Shown here: positions 16,491-26,682 of the stretch, one piece after another | Position numbering within the stretch: position 1 is the stretch's first letter | How the letters are laid out: each line of letters begins with the position of its first letter | Source: an uncultured Candidatus Saccharibacteria bacterium | GTDB lineage: Bacteria; Patescibacteriota; Minisyncoccia; Minisyncoccales; JAGMDC01 | Assembly (NCBI GenBank): GCA_964615205.1 | Contig: CAZTQA010000001.1 | Span: 510-64,509 of the forward strand | Length of the DNA: 64,000 bases | Reading direction: 5' to 3' | Translations under genes and position numbers: made by a program | Notes under the pieces: generated by a model | The model's input: only the letters and a program-made list of their open reading frames with translations | What the model was told of the DNA's origin: nothing | The model's database searches: none

Positions 16491-16862
16491 ATGAAGACAA
16501 TTCTTTTTATCGAAGACGAATCTGCTCTTCAAAAAACCTTTGGTAAGGTTTTAGAACAAGAGGGTTTCCAGGTTATTTCTGCTCTGGATGGAGATGTAGG
16601 TTTAAAGTTGGCTAAACTAAGGAGGCCGGATTTAATTTTATTAGACTTGATTCTGCCTAAGCTTAACGGGTTTGAGGTATTGCAGGAGATTAAGCAAGAT
16701 TCAGAACTGCAAAGCATTCCAGTTATTGTTCTGACTAATTTGGAAACTATGGACAATGTTGATAGAGCTATTGAATTAGGAGCTAAAACCTATTTAGTCA
16801 AAGCCAATTATACTCTTAAGGAAGTAATTAATAAAGTAAAGGAAACCCTTGGCGAAGAATAA
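16491..16862 (+). CDS. Stand-alone response regulator receiver protein (CheY-like)
   Basis: 123 aa. Acidic pocket IEDE, phospho-acceptor in LILLDLILP, VIVLTN, KTYLVK. No output domain. Confidence 0.85.
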   Translation: MKTILFIEDESALQKTFGKVLEQEGFQVISALDGDVGLKLAKLRRPDLILLDLILPKLNGFEVLQEIKQDSELQSIPVIVLTNLETMDNVDRAIELGAKTYLVKANYTLKEVINKVKETLGEE

Positions 16863-16867
16863 TCTTT

Positions 16868-18643
16868 ATGAGGGTAGAACCCGGACAATTAAAAGCTTTT
16901 CTTATAGACGCCAATATAGTTACTGATGTCCAGTTTGAAAAGCTTTATATAAAAGCTAAAAAAGCCGGTAAAGAGATCGGCCAAGTTTTAATTTCCGAGG
17001 GATTAATCAGCGAAGAGGACTTAATTAAATTAAAAGCCTATATTTTAGGTGTTCCTTTTGTAGATCTAGAAAAGGAAACCATTACTCCGGAAATTTTAAA
17101 AATTATTCCTGAACCCATTGCCAGAACTCATAATATTGTAGCTTTCCGAAAAAAGGAAAATAATCTGGAAGTAGCTATGCTTGATCCCAATGATTTGCAG
17201 ACAATTGATTTCATCCGAAAAAAAGCAGGATTGAAAATTCTGCCCCGTCTTACTTCTCCTGCCAGCATTAAAAAAGTGCTTCAGCAGTACCAAAAAACTC
17301 TTAAAGCTGAATTCGGTGATATTATTTTAGACCAGGTAAAAGATCTTTCCAGACCGAAAATTGGGATAGAGATGAAATCGATCAAAGAGGAGAAAAAAGA
17401 AGAAAAGAAAGAGGATCTAAAGAAAACAGCTGAAGAGATGCCGGTAATCAGGATTGTAGACACTTTACTCAAACACGCTATTCTTCAGAGATCTTCTGAC
17501 ATTCATATCGAACCCACAGAAAAAGAAGTCATTGTCCGTTACCGCATTGATGGTATTTTGCGGGATGCTATGACTCTGCCCTTACAAGTCACTTCAGGAA
17601 TTGTGGCGCGAATTAAAGTTCTCTCTAATTTAAAATTAGACGAACATCGTCTTCCCCAAGACGGGCGTTTTAAGGTTGAAAGTGAGGATTACAAATATTC
17701 AGTCAGAGTGTCTATTCTTCCGGTTTTTAGCGGTGAGAAAATCGTTATGCGTTTGTTGGCAGAAACCTCTAAAAGTTTTAGTTTGGAGGAATTAGGTTTA
17801 CAGGGTGGGACTTTAGAAAATGTTCAAACAAATATTAGAAGGCCGGTGGGTATGATTTTAGTCACTGGTCCTACTGGTTCTGGAAAAACAACCACTCTCT
17901 ATTCAATTTTGGAAATTCTTAATACTCCTGAAGTGAATATATCCACCATTGAAGATCCCATTGAATATCAAATTCCCAGAATAAACCAAACTCAAGTTAT
18001 GCCAAAGATTGGTTTAACTTTTTCCAATGGGCTTCGTTCCCTGGTAAGACAGGATCCGGATATAATTATGGTGGGTGAAATTAGAGATAAGGAAACCGCT
18101 GGACTAGCAATTAATGCTGCTTTAACCGGGCACATGGTTTTGTCTACTCTGCATACCACTAATGCTGCCGGCGCCCTTCCTCGTTTAATAGATATGGAAG
18201 CAGAACCTTTTTTGATTGCTTCTACTCTTAATGTGATTATTGCCCAACGCTTGGTAAGATGTTTCTGCGACGACAAAAAACCTTATAAGCTAACTGATTT
18301 AGAGATGAAAAGCTTGTCAAGATACTGCGATTTGGATAGAATAACAGATATTTTAAGACAAGAAAAAGTAATTAAGAAAAATGAGAATATTAAAGATGTG
18401 CAGTTCTATAAACCAGTGCCTTCTAAAAACTGTCCGGACGGCTATCGAGGCAGAAAAGGAATTTATGAGGTTCTGCCAGTAAATGAAACAATTAAAGAAT
18501 TAATTATGAAAGGAGCTAATTCAAGCCAGATTCAGAATCAAGCCCAAAAAGAAGGTATGATAACTATGATTGAAGACGGCCTTATTAAAGCTGCCCAGGG
18601 AGTGACTAGTTTAGAAGAGGTTTTAAGAGTAATTAAAGAATAA
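16868..18643 (+). CDS. pilB: Type IV pilus assembly ATPase PilB (GspE family)
   Basis: T2SSE N-terminal domain, Walker A GPTGSGKTTTLYS, Asp box, Walker B IIMVGEIRD, His box TGHMVLSTLHT. Confidence 0.9.
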   Translation: MRVEPGQLKAFLIDANIVTDVQFEKLYIKAKKAGKEIGQVLISEGLISEEDLIKLKAYILGVPFVDLEKETITPEILKIIPEPIARTHNIVAFRKKENNLEVAMLDPNDLQTIDFIRKKAGLKILPRLTSPASIKKVLQQYQKTLKAEFGDIILDQVKDLSRPKIGIEMKSIKEEKKEEKKEDLKKTAEEMPVIRIVDTLLKHAILQRSSDIHIEPTEKEVIVRYRIDGILRDAMTLPLQVTSGIVARIKVLSNLKLDEHRLPQDGRFKVESEDYKYSVRVSILPVFSGEKIVMRLLAETSKSFSLEELGLQGGTLENVQTNIRRPVGMILVTGPTGSGKTTTLYSILEILNTPEVNISTIEDPIEYQIPRINQTQVMPKIGLTFSNGLRSLVRQDPDIIMVGEIRDKETAGLAINAALTGHMVLSTLHTTNAAGALPRLIDMEAEPFLIASTLNVIIAQRLVRCFCDDKKPYKLTDLEMKSLSRYCDLDRITDILRQEKVIKKNENIKDVQFYKPVPSKNCPDGYRGRKGIYEVLPVNETIKELIMKGANSSQIQNQAQKEGMITMIEDGLIKAAQGVTSLEEVLRVIKE

Positions 18644-18653
18644 AAAATAAATT

Positions 18654-19646
18654 ATGAAAAAAAGAATTTTAACAGGAGACAGACCTACAGGACCATTGCA
18701 TTTAGGGCATTATGTTGGTTCTTTGGAAAACCGGGTTAAACTTCAGGATGAATACGAATGCTTTTTTATTATCTCTGATTATGAATTTTTAACAGACCAC
18801 TTGAACCAAACTAAAGAATTAAGTAAAAATGTGGAAAATATAGTTTTAGATTATCTTTCAGTGGGAATTGATTCCCGAAAAGCAGTTATTTTTTTGGAAT
18901 CCAAGATTCCTCAGATTTCCGAGCTTAGTTTCCTTTTTTCTATGTTGGTAAGTTTGTCTCGGGTTCAGAGAAATCCTACTATTAAAGAAGAACTTAAAAG
19001 TCGAGGAATAAGTAAAGCCAGTTACGGTTTTATTGGCTGGCCTATTGCCCAAGCAGCTGATATCCTTTGCGTAAGAGCTAATTTGGTACCAGTGGGTGAA
19101 GATCAGCTTTCCCATATCGAGCAGACTCGGGAAATAGCCAGGGATTTTAACCGTATTTTTGGCAAGGTTTTTCCTATGCCTGAAGCTTTAGTAAGCCGGG
19201 TTCCTCGTTTACCGGGCTTAGATGGAAGAAAAATGTCTAAGAGCTTAGGCAATGCTATTTTTCTTTCTGATTCTTCTGAACAAGTAGAGGAGAAAGTAAA
19301 AAAGGCCATTACTGATCCTAAACGTATTCATAGCACAGACAAAGGTCATCCTGATGTCTGTAATATTTTTAAATATTATCAAGCATTTGCCAGAGATAGA
19401 GTTGACAAAATTGAAGAAAAATGTAAAAAGGGGGAAATTGGATGTACAGCTTGTAAAAAAGAGATAGCTCAAGTTATAAACGAGTTTTTAGAGCCCATTA
19501 GAAAAAAAAGAAGATTCTATCAGAAAAAGAAAACACTAGTTAAAGAAATTTTAGAAGCCGGTAATAGAAAGACTCAAAAAGAAGCTGCTGAAACCTTGAA
19601 AATAGTTAAACAAAAAATGCATCTTGATTATGAAAACCTTCTATAA
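18654..19646 (+). CDS. trpS: Tryptophanyl-tRNA synthetase
   Basis: 330 aa class I aaRS. HIGH-type TGPLHLGHYVG, KMSKS, GEDQ. Confidence 0.9.
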   Translation: MKKRILTGDRPTGPLHLGHYVGSLENRVKLQDEYECFFIISDYEFLTDHLNQTKELSKNVENIVLDYLSVGIDSRKAVIFLESKIPQISELSFLFSMLVSLSRVQRNPTIKEELKSRGISKASYGFIGWPIAQAADILCVRANLVPVGEDQLSHIEQTREIARDFNRIFGKVFPMPEALVSRVPRLPGLDGRKMSKSLGNAIFLSDSSEQVEEKVKKAITDPKRIHSTDKGHPDVCNIFKYYQAFARDRVDKIEEKCKKGEIGCTACKKEIAQVINEFLEPIRKKRRFYQKKKTLVKEILEAGNRKTQKEAAETLKIVKQKMHLDYENLL

Positions 19647-20709
19647 TTCAAAAAAAATTCTAAAGCTTTTTAATATTTTTGTTCCAGAAAAGCAAGAAGA
19701 TATTAATTCCTTTTCTGAAAAAGTAAATAAGCTTATTAATCCGGTTATCAAACAACTACTCACCTCTTATGTTGATAAAAAAAACAAAGAGGTTGTTTTT
19801 TACCAAATTGAAGTAGGAGGGAAAAGATTAAGGCCGGCCCTGGCTATGATTTGCTGCAAGATGCTGAGAGGCAAGATTAAAGATGTCATATATCCGGCTG
19901 CCGGCTTGGAAATCTTGCATAATTATTCTTTAATTATTGACGATATTATTGATAACAGCCAGAAAAGAAGAGGTGAGCCAACTTGTTGGGTGAAATTCGG
20001 TAGTTCTGTGAGCCAGTGTATCGGGGTTGACTATTCAGCAGCTATTTTTCAGTCAGCTAAAAATTCTAAAGACCCGACTAAAATTTCAGAAATTTTTTCT
20101 ACTACCTTAAAAGAAATAGTTGATGGTGAAATTATGGATATGCTTTTTGAGCAAAGAGGAAGAGAGAACGAGCCATATATTGTTAAAAATAGGTATAAAA
20201 AGATTAATGAAAAGGATTATCTGTATATGATAAACAAGAAAACCTCGGCTTTGTTTCGAAGTTGTTGCGAAATCGGGGGCATTTGCGCTGATGCTAATCA
20301 AAAACAGCTTGAAGCTTTAAGAGAATATGGCTTGAATATAGGTATTGCTTTTCAAGTTAAAGATGACATTTTGGATATTTTCGGCAAGGAAAGAAAATTC
20401 GGAAAGAAAATCGGAAAAGACATTATGGAGAGAAAAAGAGGGAATATAGTTGTTCTTTTGGCTTTGAAGCAGCTCAATTCCAGTGATAAAAACGAACTTT
20501 CCGAGATTTTGAAGAAAGATAGAATCAGTCGGAAAAATGTTAAAAAAGCAGTAGCCATAATTGAAAAAACTAATGCTAAAAACTTAGCTTTTCAATTCGG
20601 GGAAAAATATATTCAGAAAGCCAAAGATAACTTGGATTTGCTTCCCCATAATAAATGGAATCAAATTTTAAAACAGCTTACAGAATTCACCCTCACCCGC
20701 GAAAAATAA
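19624..20709 (+). CDS. Polyprenyl diphosphate synthase (GGPP/FPP synthase family)
   Basis: First Asp-rich motif LIIDDIIDNSQKRRG, second FQVKDDILD, GGKRLRP. Confidence 0.85.
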   Translation: MIMKTFYNSKKILKLFNIFVPEKQEDINSFSEKVNKLINPVIKQLLTSYVDKKNKEVVFYQIEVGGKRLRPALAMICCKMLRGKIKDVIYPAAGLEILHNYSLIIDDIIDNSQKRRGEPTCWVKFGSSVSQCIGVDYSAAIFQSAKNSKDPTKISEIFSTTLKEIVDGEIMDMLFEQRGRENEPYIVKNRYKKINEKDYLYMINKKTSALFRSCCEIGGICADANQKQLEALREYGLNIGIAFQVKDDILDIFGKERKFGKKIGKDIMERKRGNIVVLLALKQLNSSDKNELSEILKKDRISRKNVKKAVAIIEKTNAKNLAFQFGEKYIQKAKDNLDLLPHNKWNQILKQLTEFTLTREK

Positions 20710-20760
20710 AAGGAGCTAAGCTCCTTTTGGAATAACTCAAAATGATTTGAGTATTTTTTT
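20710..20760 (+). terminator. Two tandem hairpin terminators after the polyprenyl synthase gene
   Basis: AAGGAGC-TAA-GCTCCTT then TTGG (20710-20729). ACTCAAA-ATGA-TTTGAGT followed by ATTTTTTT (20735-20760). Confidence 0.6.
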
Positions 20761-20909
20761 CTAATGGGGTAGAATTAAACAATGGCGGAAAAAGACACCT
20801 CTTTGCTTTCTTATTATGGTTTTACCAAGGCAGACCAGAAAAAATACCCGGTCATCTCGGGTATAGTTTTAAAAAATAGACATTAATAAAGGAAGTTTGT
20901 AAAAAACAA

Positions 20910-22040
20910 ATGAATAGAATTTATCAAACTATTATTATCGGTGCAGGACCTGCAGGGTTGATAGCGGGTAGACATTTAAAAGATTCTTTAATTTTAGATC
21001 AAAAACAAGAAATTGGTAAACCGGTACAATGTGGAGAAGGAATTAGCAGAGATGCTCTTAAAATACATAATATAGAACCAGATTCTTCCTGGATTTCTTG
21101 TGACATTCATAGGGTTGAAAGAATAATGCCGAACGGTAAAAGAATAGGTAAATTTCATAAGGAAGCAATAGGATATATTCTAGATAGAACTGCTTTCGAA
21201 AAATTCTTAGCGAGTACTGTCAAGGCTGAGATTAAATTAAAAAGCAAAGTTGTTGATTTAAATAAAGAAAACAATATTTGGTGTGTTAAAACGCAAAATG
21301 GAGAAATATTTAAATCTAAATATATTATTGGAGCCGATGGACCAAATTCTATAGTACGAGAAAAGGTTTTTAAAGAGAGAATAAAGATCCTCCCAGCAGT
21401 TGAATATTTATTAGAATTAGAGAAAGAAATAAAAGTAGATACCTTGGAAATTTATTTAAATAATGAAAAATATCCTCAGGGATATGCTTGGATTTTTCCT
21501 AAATCAAGAAATACGGCTAATATAGGTATTGGTGGACAAGGGGATCTTTTAGAAAAATTTAGGGAATTTTTAGAAGAGGAGGTGAGAATTAAATATCAAA
21601 ATTATAAAATTCTAGAAAATAGAAGTGGAGTTGTTCCTTTTGCTAAACCCTCAACAATTATTAAAGATGGAGTATTATTAGTCGGTGATGCCGCTGGTTT
21701 TACAAATAGCGTTTTTAAGGCAGGAATAAGTAGAGCGATGTGGTCTGCAAGGATTTGCAGTCAACTTATTTTAGATAATGATATAAGTTCTCATAAGCAC
21801 AAAACAAGAGTAATTTTGTTTACCGGTTCTAAACTAGATAGAGCAGGAAGTATATTGTATGCTTTTAGCAATGAATCACTCAATGAATTAGGAGGTTTTT
21901 TAGAGAATAAGAATGCTTCTTATTATAAAAATATATTAGTAATAATGAAAATGTTATTTAGTCATTCTTTAAGAAAGGATATTTTGAAAATGTTTGAATT
22001 TATTTCAATCTGGAAAAAATACAAAAAATATAGTTGGTAA
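20910..22040 (+). CDS. Geranylgeranyl reductase family FAD-dependent oxidoreductase
   Basis: IIIGAGPAGLIAG dinucleotide fold, CGEGIS, IIGADGPNSIVR, GYAWIFPK...ANIGIGG. These are signatures of the archaeal/bacterial GGR family. Confidence 0.75.
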   Translation: MNRIYQTIIIGAGPAGLIAGRHLKDSLILDQKQEIGKPVQCGEGISRDALKIHNIEPDSSWISCDIHRVERIMPNGKRIGKFHKEAIGYILDRTAFEKFLASTVKAEIKLKSKVVDLNKENNIWCVKTQNGEIFKSKYIIGADGPNSIVREKVFKERIKILPAVEYLLELEKEIKVDTLEIYLNNEKYPQGYAWIFPKSRNTANIGIGGQGDLLEKFREFLEEEVRIKYQNYKILENRSGVVPFAKPSTIIKDGVLLVGDAAGFTNSVFKAGISRAMWSARICSQLILDNDISSHKHKTRVILFTGSKLDRAGSILYAFSNESLNELGGFLENKNASYYKNILVIMKMLFSHSLRKDILKMFEFISIWKKYKKYSW

Positions 22041-22912
22041 TAATTAAAATAATCATGAATTTTTCACAAGCCTTGAAATTAATCTTTAATGAATTTCTTT
22101 ACGGTGGACATTTAATCTCACTAGGAGCTGTTGGCATAGTTTTTTCGTCGGCTATTTTATTAGAAATAAAAATAGATTTGGATTTTTTGATAATTGTATA
22201 TTTATTTAGTTATAATTCTATTTTATATAATCGGTATAGAGAATTTAGAATTGATTATTTAACTAATCCAGAGAGGACTAAAAATTTAAGAAAATATTTT
22301 AAATATATTTCTTTAATTCTTTGTTTTTCCATACTGATTACTACAGGTATATTTATTTTTAATAATAAATTTTTGGCTTTATTCTTTTTGATTCTATTAT
22401 CTTTATTGACTTTCTTATATACAGAGTATTTTAAAAATATAACTAAAAATATATTTATTTTTAAGAATATTTATTTCTCTTTTGTCACGGGTTTATTATT
22501 AATATTATTGGTCCTTTATTATTCTTATCCAATTTTGAATTTCATTTTTTTTATAATTTTCATTTTTGTTTTTCTAAGAATGTTTATCAATACAGTGTTT
22601 CTTGATATCAAAGATGTTAAAGGTGATAATAAAATAAGGTTAAAGACAATTCCAATTTTATTTGGCGAAACCAAAACATTAAAAATTTTACAATTATTAA
22701 GTATGATATCAATATTACCAATACTTATTGGGGTTTATCTTGGTTTTTTACATCTTTTTTCTTTAGTTCTTATTTTCATAGTTCCTTATTCTTTTTACTA
22801 TTTTTTTGAGTCTAAAAAGAGAAAAAATTTTTATTTAGTAAATTATTTTTTAGCTGATTTAGAGTTTATTTTATGGCCAATTTTACTTTTATTGTCTAAA
22901 AATTTAATATGA
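22034..22912 (+). CDS. UbiA-superfamily membrane prenyltransferase
   Basis: About 8 hydrophobic helices. Second Asp-rich motif DIKDVKGD...LKTIPILFG. The first motif is the variant N-RYR-E-FRI-D (NxxxExxxD). Overlaps the GGR stop. Confidence 0.65.
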   Translation: MVIIKIIMNFSQALKLIFNEFLYGGHLISLGAVGIVFSSAILLEIKIDLDFLIIVYLFSYNSILYNRYREFRIDYLTNPERTKNLRKYFKYISLILCFSILITTGIFIFNNKFLALFFLILLSLLTFLYTEYFKNITKNIFIFKNIYFSFVTGLLLILLVLYYSYPILNFIFFIIFIFVFLRMFINTVFLDIKDVKGDNKIRLKTIPILFGETKTLKILQLLSMISILPILIGVYLGFLHLFSLVLIFIVPYSFYYFFESKKRKNFYLVNYFLADLEFILWPILLLLSKNLI

Positions 22913-24540
22913 TCGAATTAATTAATTTCTTATTCATAAATAAATTTATTATTATTTTAGTAAGTAGTTTTGGAATCTATCTGGCTTTTTGGGTTTATTA
23001 TGCTGATCGAAAAGCGAAAACGAATCAATTATTCACTTTGATGATGCTTTTTGCTCTTTCTTGGATTATTCTTTGTTATTTCAGTGGGATATTAATTAAT
23101 AATTTAGGTTTATCATTATTTTTGGCAAGACTAGCTTACGGGATAGCTATTCTTTTTTTCATACCCTTTTATTTTTTCTCTTTATGGTTTATCAAGAAAA
23201 AAGAAGAGGTTCGGCTTTTAAAGATTTTTATTCCGATAGGAAGTTTAACTATCTTTTTTCTATCTGTTTTTACTGATTTTATGGCAGAAAAAATGATTCC
23301 TATAAATATAATAGGAATTTCTATGGGTGTAGCTCCCGTTATAGGTGTTGGAAAATTTATTTATTTTGGTTTTGTATTCTTTGTCGCCGTATTAGTTGTT
23401 GTTCGTCTTATTAAGGCATATTTTAAAGTATCGAAAATTGAGAAGTTAAAATTACAATATTTCTTAATCGGCATTATAATTTTTGTAATTGCTAATCTTG
23501 TTTTTAATGTTATTTTTGCTTCGTGGGTGGGGGATGCGAGATATTATCAACTTGGGAATTATTCGGCCATATTTTTGTTGGCGTTTACGGCGTATGCGAT
23601 TGTGAAAAGGGAATTGTTCGGGATTAAGGTTATTGTAACCTCCATATTTGTAGTTTTGATTGCGATTCTGCTTGCCTTAGATATGCTGTTGTTTACAGAA
23701 GTTTTCTTAATTAAAGCACTGAAAACTGCGGCTTTATTGATATTCCTTGTCTTTGGCAGAATCTTGATAAACAGCGTTGCAAATGAAGTTAAAAGAAGAG
23801 AGGAGTTGGAGAAATTAAGCCGAGCTAAGTCAGAGTTTATTTCTATGGCTTCCCACCAATTGAGAACCCCTTTGACTGCTATTAAAGGATATAGCTCTTT
23901 GATGATGGAAGGCACTTACGATAAATCAAAAGCAAAACAAAAGAAAGTTTTAAAGAATATTTTTATTTCTACAGAAAGATTGATTAAAATCGTAAATGAC
24001 TTGTTGAATCTTTCCAGAATTGAATTAGGTAGATTAGAGATAGAAAAAGAGCCGGTAAGGATTGAAGAATTGGCAGAGAGCGTTTTTAAAGAAATGAAGT
24101 CGCGCGCCAAAGAAAAAGAAATAAAACTTTTATATGAGAAGCCGAAGCAAGAGTTACCGGAACTAAATCTTGATTCTTTGAAAATAAGGCAGGCCATATT
24201 TAATTTAGTTGACAATGCCATAAAGTATACAGAAGATGGAGAAATAAAGATTATTATTGAAAAAATAAAAGATAAGATTAGGATTACCATTAGCGACACA
24301 GGCAGGGGTTTTAGCAGCGAAGAGGCCAAAAGATTATTTGAGCTTTTTATTAGAGGAGAAGCGGGCATAGATACTTTTGTGGAAGGAACAGGGATTGGTC
24401 TCAATGTTGCCAGAAAATTTGTTGAGCTTCACGGGGGCAATATTAGAGCAGAATCAGAAGGAAAAAATAAGGGAGCTAAATTTTACATTGAACTTCCCAT
24501 TGTTTCCAAAGAAGCAGAAGAATTTATTAAAAGAATATAA
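22909..24540 (+). CDS. Sensor histidine kinase with polytopic N-terminal membrane domain
   Basis: About 7 TM helices, then H-box SEFISMASHQLRTPLT, N-box NLVDNAIKYT, DTGRGF, GTGIGLNVAR. Confidence 0.8.
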   Translation: MIELINFLFINKFIIILVSSFGIYLAFWVYYADRKAKTNQLFTLMMLFALSWIILCYFSGILINNLGLSLFLARLAYGIAILFFIPFYFFSLWFIKKKEEVRLLKIFIPIGSLTIFFLSVFTDFMAEKMIPINIIGISMGVAPVIGVGKFIYFGFVFFVAVLVVVRLIKAYFKVSKIEKLKLQYFLIGIIIFVIANLVFNVIFASWVGDARYYQLGNYSAIFLLAFTAYAIVKRELFGIKVIVTSIFVVLIAILLALDMLLFTEVFLIKALKTAALLIFLVFGRILINSVANEVKRREELEKLSRAKSEFISMASHQLRTPLTAIKGYSSLMMEGTYDKSKAKQKKVLKNIFISTERLIKIVNDLLNLSRIELGRLEIEKEPVRIEELAESVFKEMKSRAKEKEIKLLYEKPKQELPELNLDSLKIRQAIFNLVDNAIKYTEDGEIKIIIEKIKDKIRITISDTGRGFSSEEAKRLFELFIRGEAGIDTFVEGTGIGLNVARKFVELHGGNIRAESEGKNKGAKFYIELPIVSKEAEEFIKRI

Positions 24541-26678
24541 TGGATAAGCAGTATCAAGCGGAGAAAATTGAAGAAAAAATTTATGACCTTTGGGAAAAGG
24601 GCGGTTTTTTTAATCCAGACAAACATAAAGCAAAACTTAAGAAAAGTTTTTCCATTGTTTTACCGCCGCCCAACATTACCGGCTCTTTGCATATAGGCCA
24701 CGCCTTGAATGCCACTATTCAGGATATTATTATAAGGTGGAAAAGAATGTCTGGCTTTAAGACTCTCTGGGTGCCCGGCATTGATCATGCCGGAATTGCC
24801 ACCCAGAATGTAGTTGAAAAGAAACTTAAGAAAGAAGGCAAGACAAGATTTGATTTAGGAAGAGAAAATTTTGTTAAAGAAGTTTGGAAATGGAAAAAAG
24901 AGAAAGGGGATACTATTTTAAAACAGCTTAGAAAGATGGGCGTTTCCTGCGACTGGTCCAGAACTACATTCACCATGGATGACCATTATATTGAAGCAGT
25001 CAAACAGGCTTTTCTGCATTACTATAATAAGGGCATGATTTACAGAGGGGAAAGGCCGGTTAATTGGTGCCCGCGCTGCCAGACCAGTTTGTCTGATTTG
25101 GAAGTAGAATATAAAGAAGAGAAAAGCAAACTTTGGTATTTAAAATACCCTTTCAAAGAAGATAAAACAAAGTTTGTTGTAGTGGCGACTACTCGGCCGG
25201 AAACAATGCTGGGCGATACAGCTGTGGCTGTTAATCCAAGAGATAAAAGGTATAAGGATAAGATTGGCAAAACTTTAATCTTGCCCATAATTAAGAGAGA
25301 AATACCTATTATTACTGACCAAGCCATAGATCCTAAATTCGGCACAGGAGCTATTAAAGTAACGCCAGCTCATGACTTTGTGGATTACCAAATAAGTCAG
25401 AGAAACAATTTGGAAATGGTTAAAGTCATTGATGAAAAAGGAGAAATAGAAGGAGTGCCTGTTCAAGAAACCAGAAAAAACATTTTGGAAAAATTAGAAA
25501 AATTAGGATTAATTGAGAAAACTGAAGATTATATCCATAAAGTTCCCCAGTGTTATCGTTGCGGTACTGTTTTAGAAATAATTCCTTCCAAACAATGGTT
25601 CTTGAAAATGGACAAATTAGCCAAGTTAGCCATTAAACCAGTAAAGAAAGGGGAGATAAAATTTCATCCTAATAAATGGGAAAAGCCGTATTTTGAATGG
25701 CTGGAGAAAACCTTGGATTGGTGCATTTCCAGACAGCTTTGGTGGGGACATCGGCTTCCTGTCTGGCAGTGCCAGAATCAAAAAGAAAAATATTTTGCTT
25801 CTTTAGATAAACCAAAAAAATGTTCTATCTGCGGGAAATGCCAACCCAAGCAATCAGAAGATGTTTTAGATACTTGGTTTTCTTCTGCTCTCTGGCCTTT
25901 CGCTGTTTTTGGATGGCCTCAAAAAACTAAACATCTGAAAATATTTTATCCTACTGATGTTTTAAGTACGGCGAGAGACATTATTAATTCTTGGGTGGCT
26001 AGAATGGTTTTTTCTTCGCAGGAATTCAATAAAAAAAATCCTTTCCAAAATATTATTATTCATCCTACTGTTCTTACCAAAGACGGAAGAAGAATGTCCA
26101 AGTCATTAGGAACAGGCGTAGATCCTTTGGATTTAATAGATAAATATGGTGCGGATGCGGTTCGTTTCGGATTAGCTTGGGAAATAACCGGATTGCAGGA
26201 TATTAGATTTACTGAAGATAACATAATAGCGGGCAAGAAGTTTTGCAATAAATTATGGAATGCTTCCCGGTTTGTAACTTTTCAGCTTGGAAGAAAGAAA
26301 TTTGATGATAAAAAAAAGCCCAAATCAATTACCGCTCAAGACAAAAAAATACTTAAAGATTTTGAAAAATTAGTTCACTCTAATACAGATAATTTAAACC
26401 AATTTCGTTTTGCTAAAGCTATTCAAAATACCTACCATTTTTTCTGGCATAATTTCTGCGATATCTATATTGAAAAATCAAAGATTCAAATTAAAGAAGC
26501 TAATTCAGAAAAAGAAGCTGACAATACAAGACAGATCCTCGTTTATGTCTTAATTAATTCTTTAAAAATGCTCCATCCTTTCATTCCATTTGTCACAGAA
26601 GAAATATACCAGAACTTTCCTTTAAAGCAAAAAAAGACATTGATTATTGAGGATTGGCCGTGTTATAATAGAAGATAG
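24540..26678 (+). CDS. valS: Valyl-tRNA synthetase (short form, 712 aa)
   Basis: PPPNITGSLHIGHALN, TTRPETMLGDTAVAV, KMSKSLGTGVDP. No long C-terminal coiled-coil is apparent. Confidence 0.9.
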   Translation: MDKQYQAEKIEEKIYDLWEKGGFFNPDKHKAKLKKSFSIVLPPPNITGSLHIGHALNATIQDIIIRWKRMSGFKTLWVPGIDHAGIATQNVVEKKLKKEGKTRFDLGRENFVKEVWKWKKEKGDTILKQLRKMGVSCDWSRTTFTMDDHYIEAVKQAFLHYYNKGMIYRGERPVNWCPRCQTSLSDLEVEYKEEKSKLWYLKYPFKEDKTKFVVVATTRPETMLGDTAVAVNPRDKRYKDKIGKTLILPIIKREIPIITDQAIDPKFGTGAIKVTPAHDFVDYQISQRNNLEMVKVIDEKGEIEGVPVQETRKNILEKLEKLGLIEKTEDYIHKVPQCYRCGTVLEIIPSKQWFLKMDKLAKLAIKPVKKGEIKFHPNKWEKPYFEWLEKTLDWCISRQLWWGHRLPVWQCQNQKEKYFASLDKPKKCSICGKCQPKQSEDVLDTWFSSALWPFAVFGWPQKTKHLKIFYPTDVLSTARDIINSWVARMVFSSQEFNKKNPFQNIIIHPTVLTKDGRRMSKSLGTGVDPLDLIDKYGADAVRFGLAWEITGLQDIRFTEDNIIAGKKFCNKLWNASRFVTFQLGRKKFDDKKKPKSITAQDKKILKDFEKLVHSNTDNLNQFRFAKAIQNTYHFFWHNFCDIYIEKSKIQIKEANSEKEADNTRQILVYVLINSLKMLHPFIPFVTEEIYQNFPLKQKKTLIIEDWPCYNRR

Positions 26679-26682
26679 AGTT

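Noticed and set aside
20782-20886. 34-codon ORF (MAEKDTSLLSYYGFTKADQKKYPVISGIVLKNRH) in the gap before the GGR gene
   Set aside because: It has no SD and no recognisable features. The gap is more simply a terminator plus promoter region. It remains possible but is unsupported.
26647-26682. Upstream start of the receiver ORF (MRIGRVIIEDRV...)
   Set aside because: This extension overlaps the valS 3' end. Receiver-domain homology begins at MAKKILLIEDED (26683).
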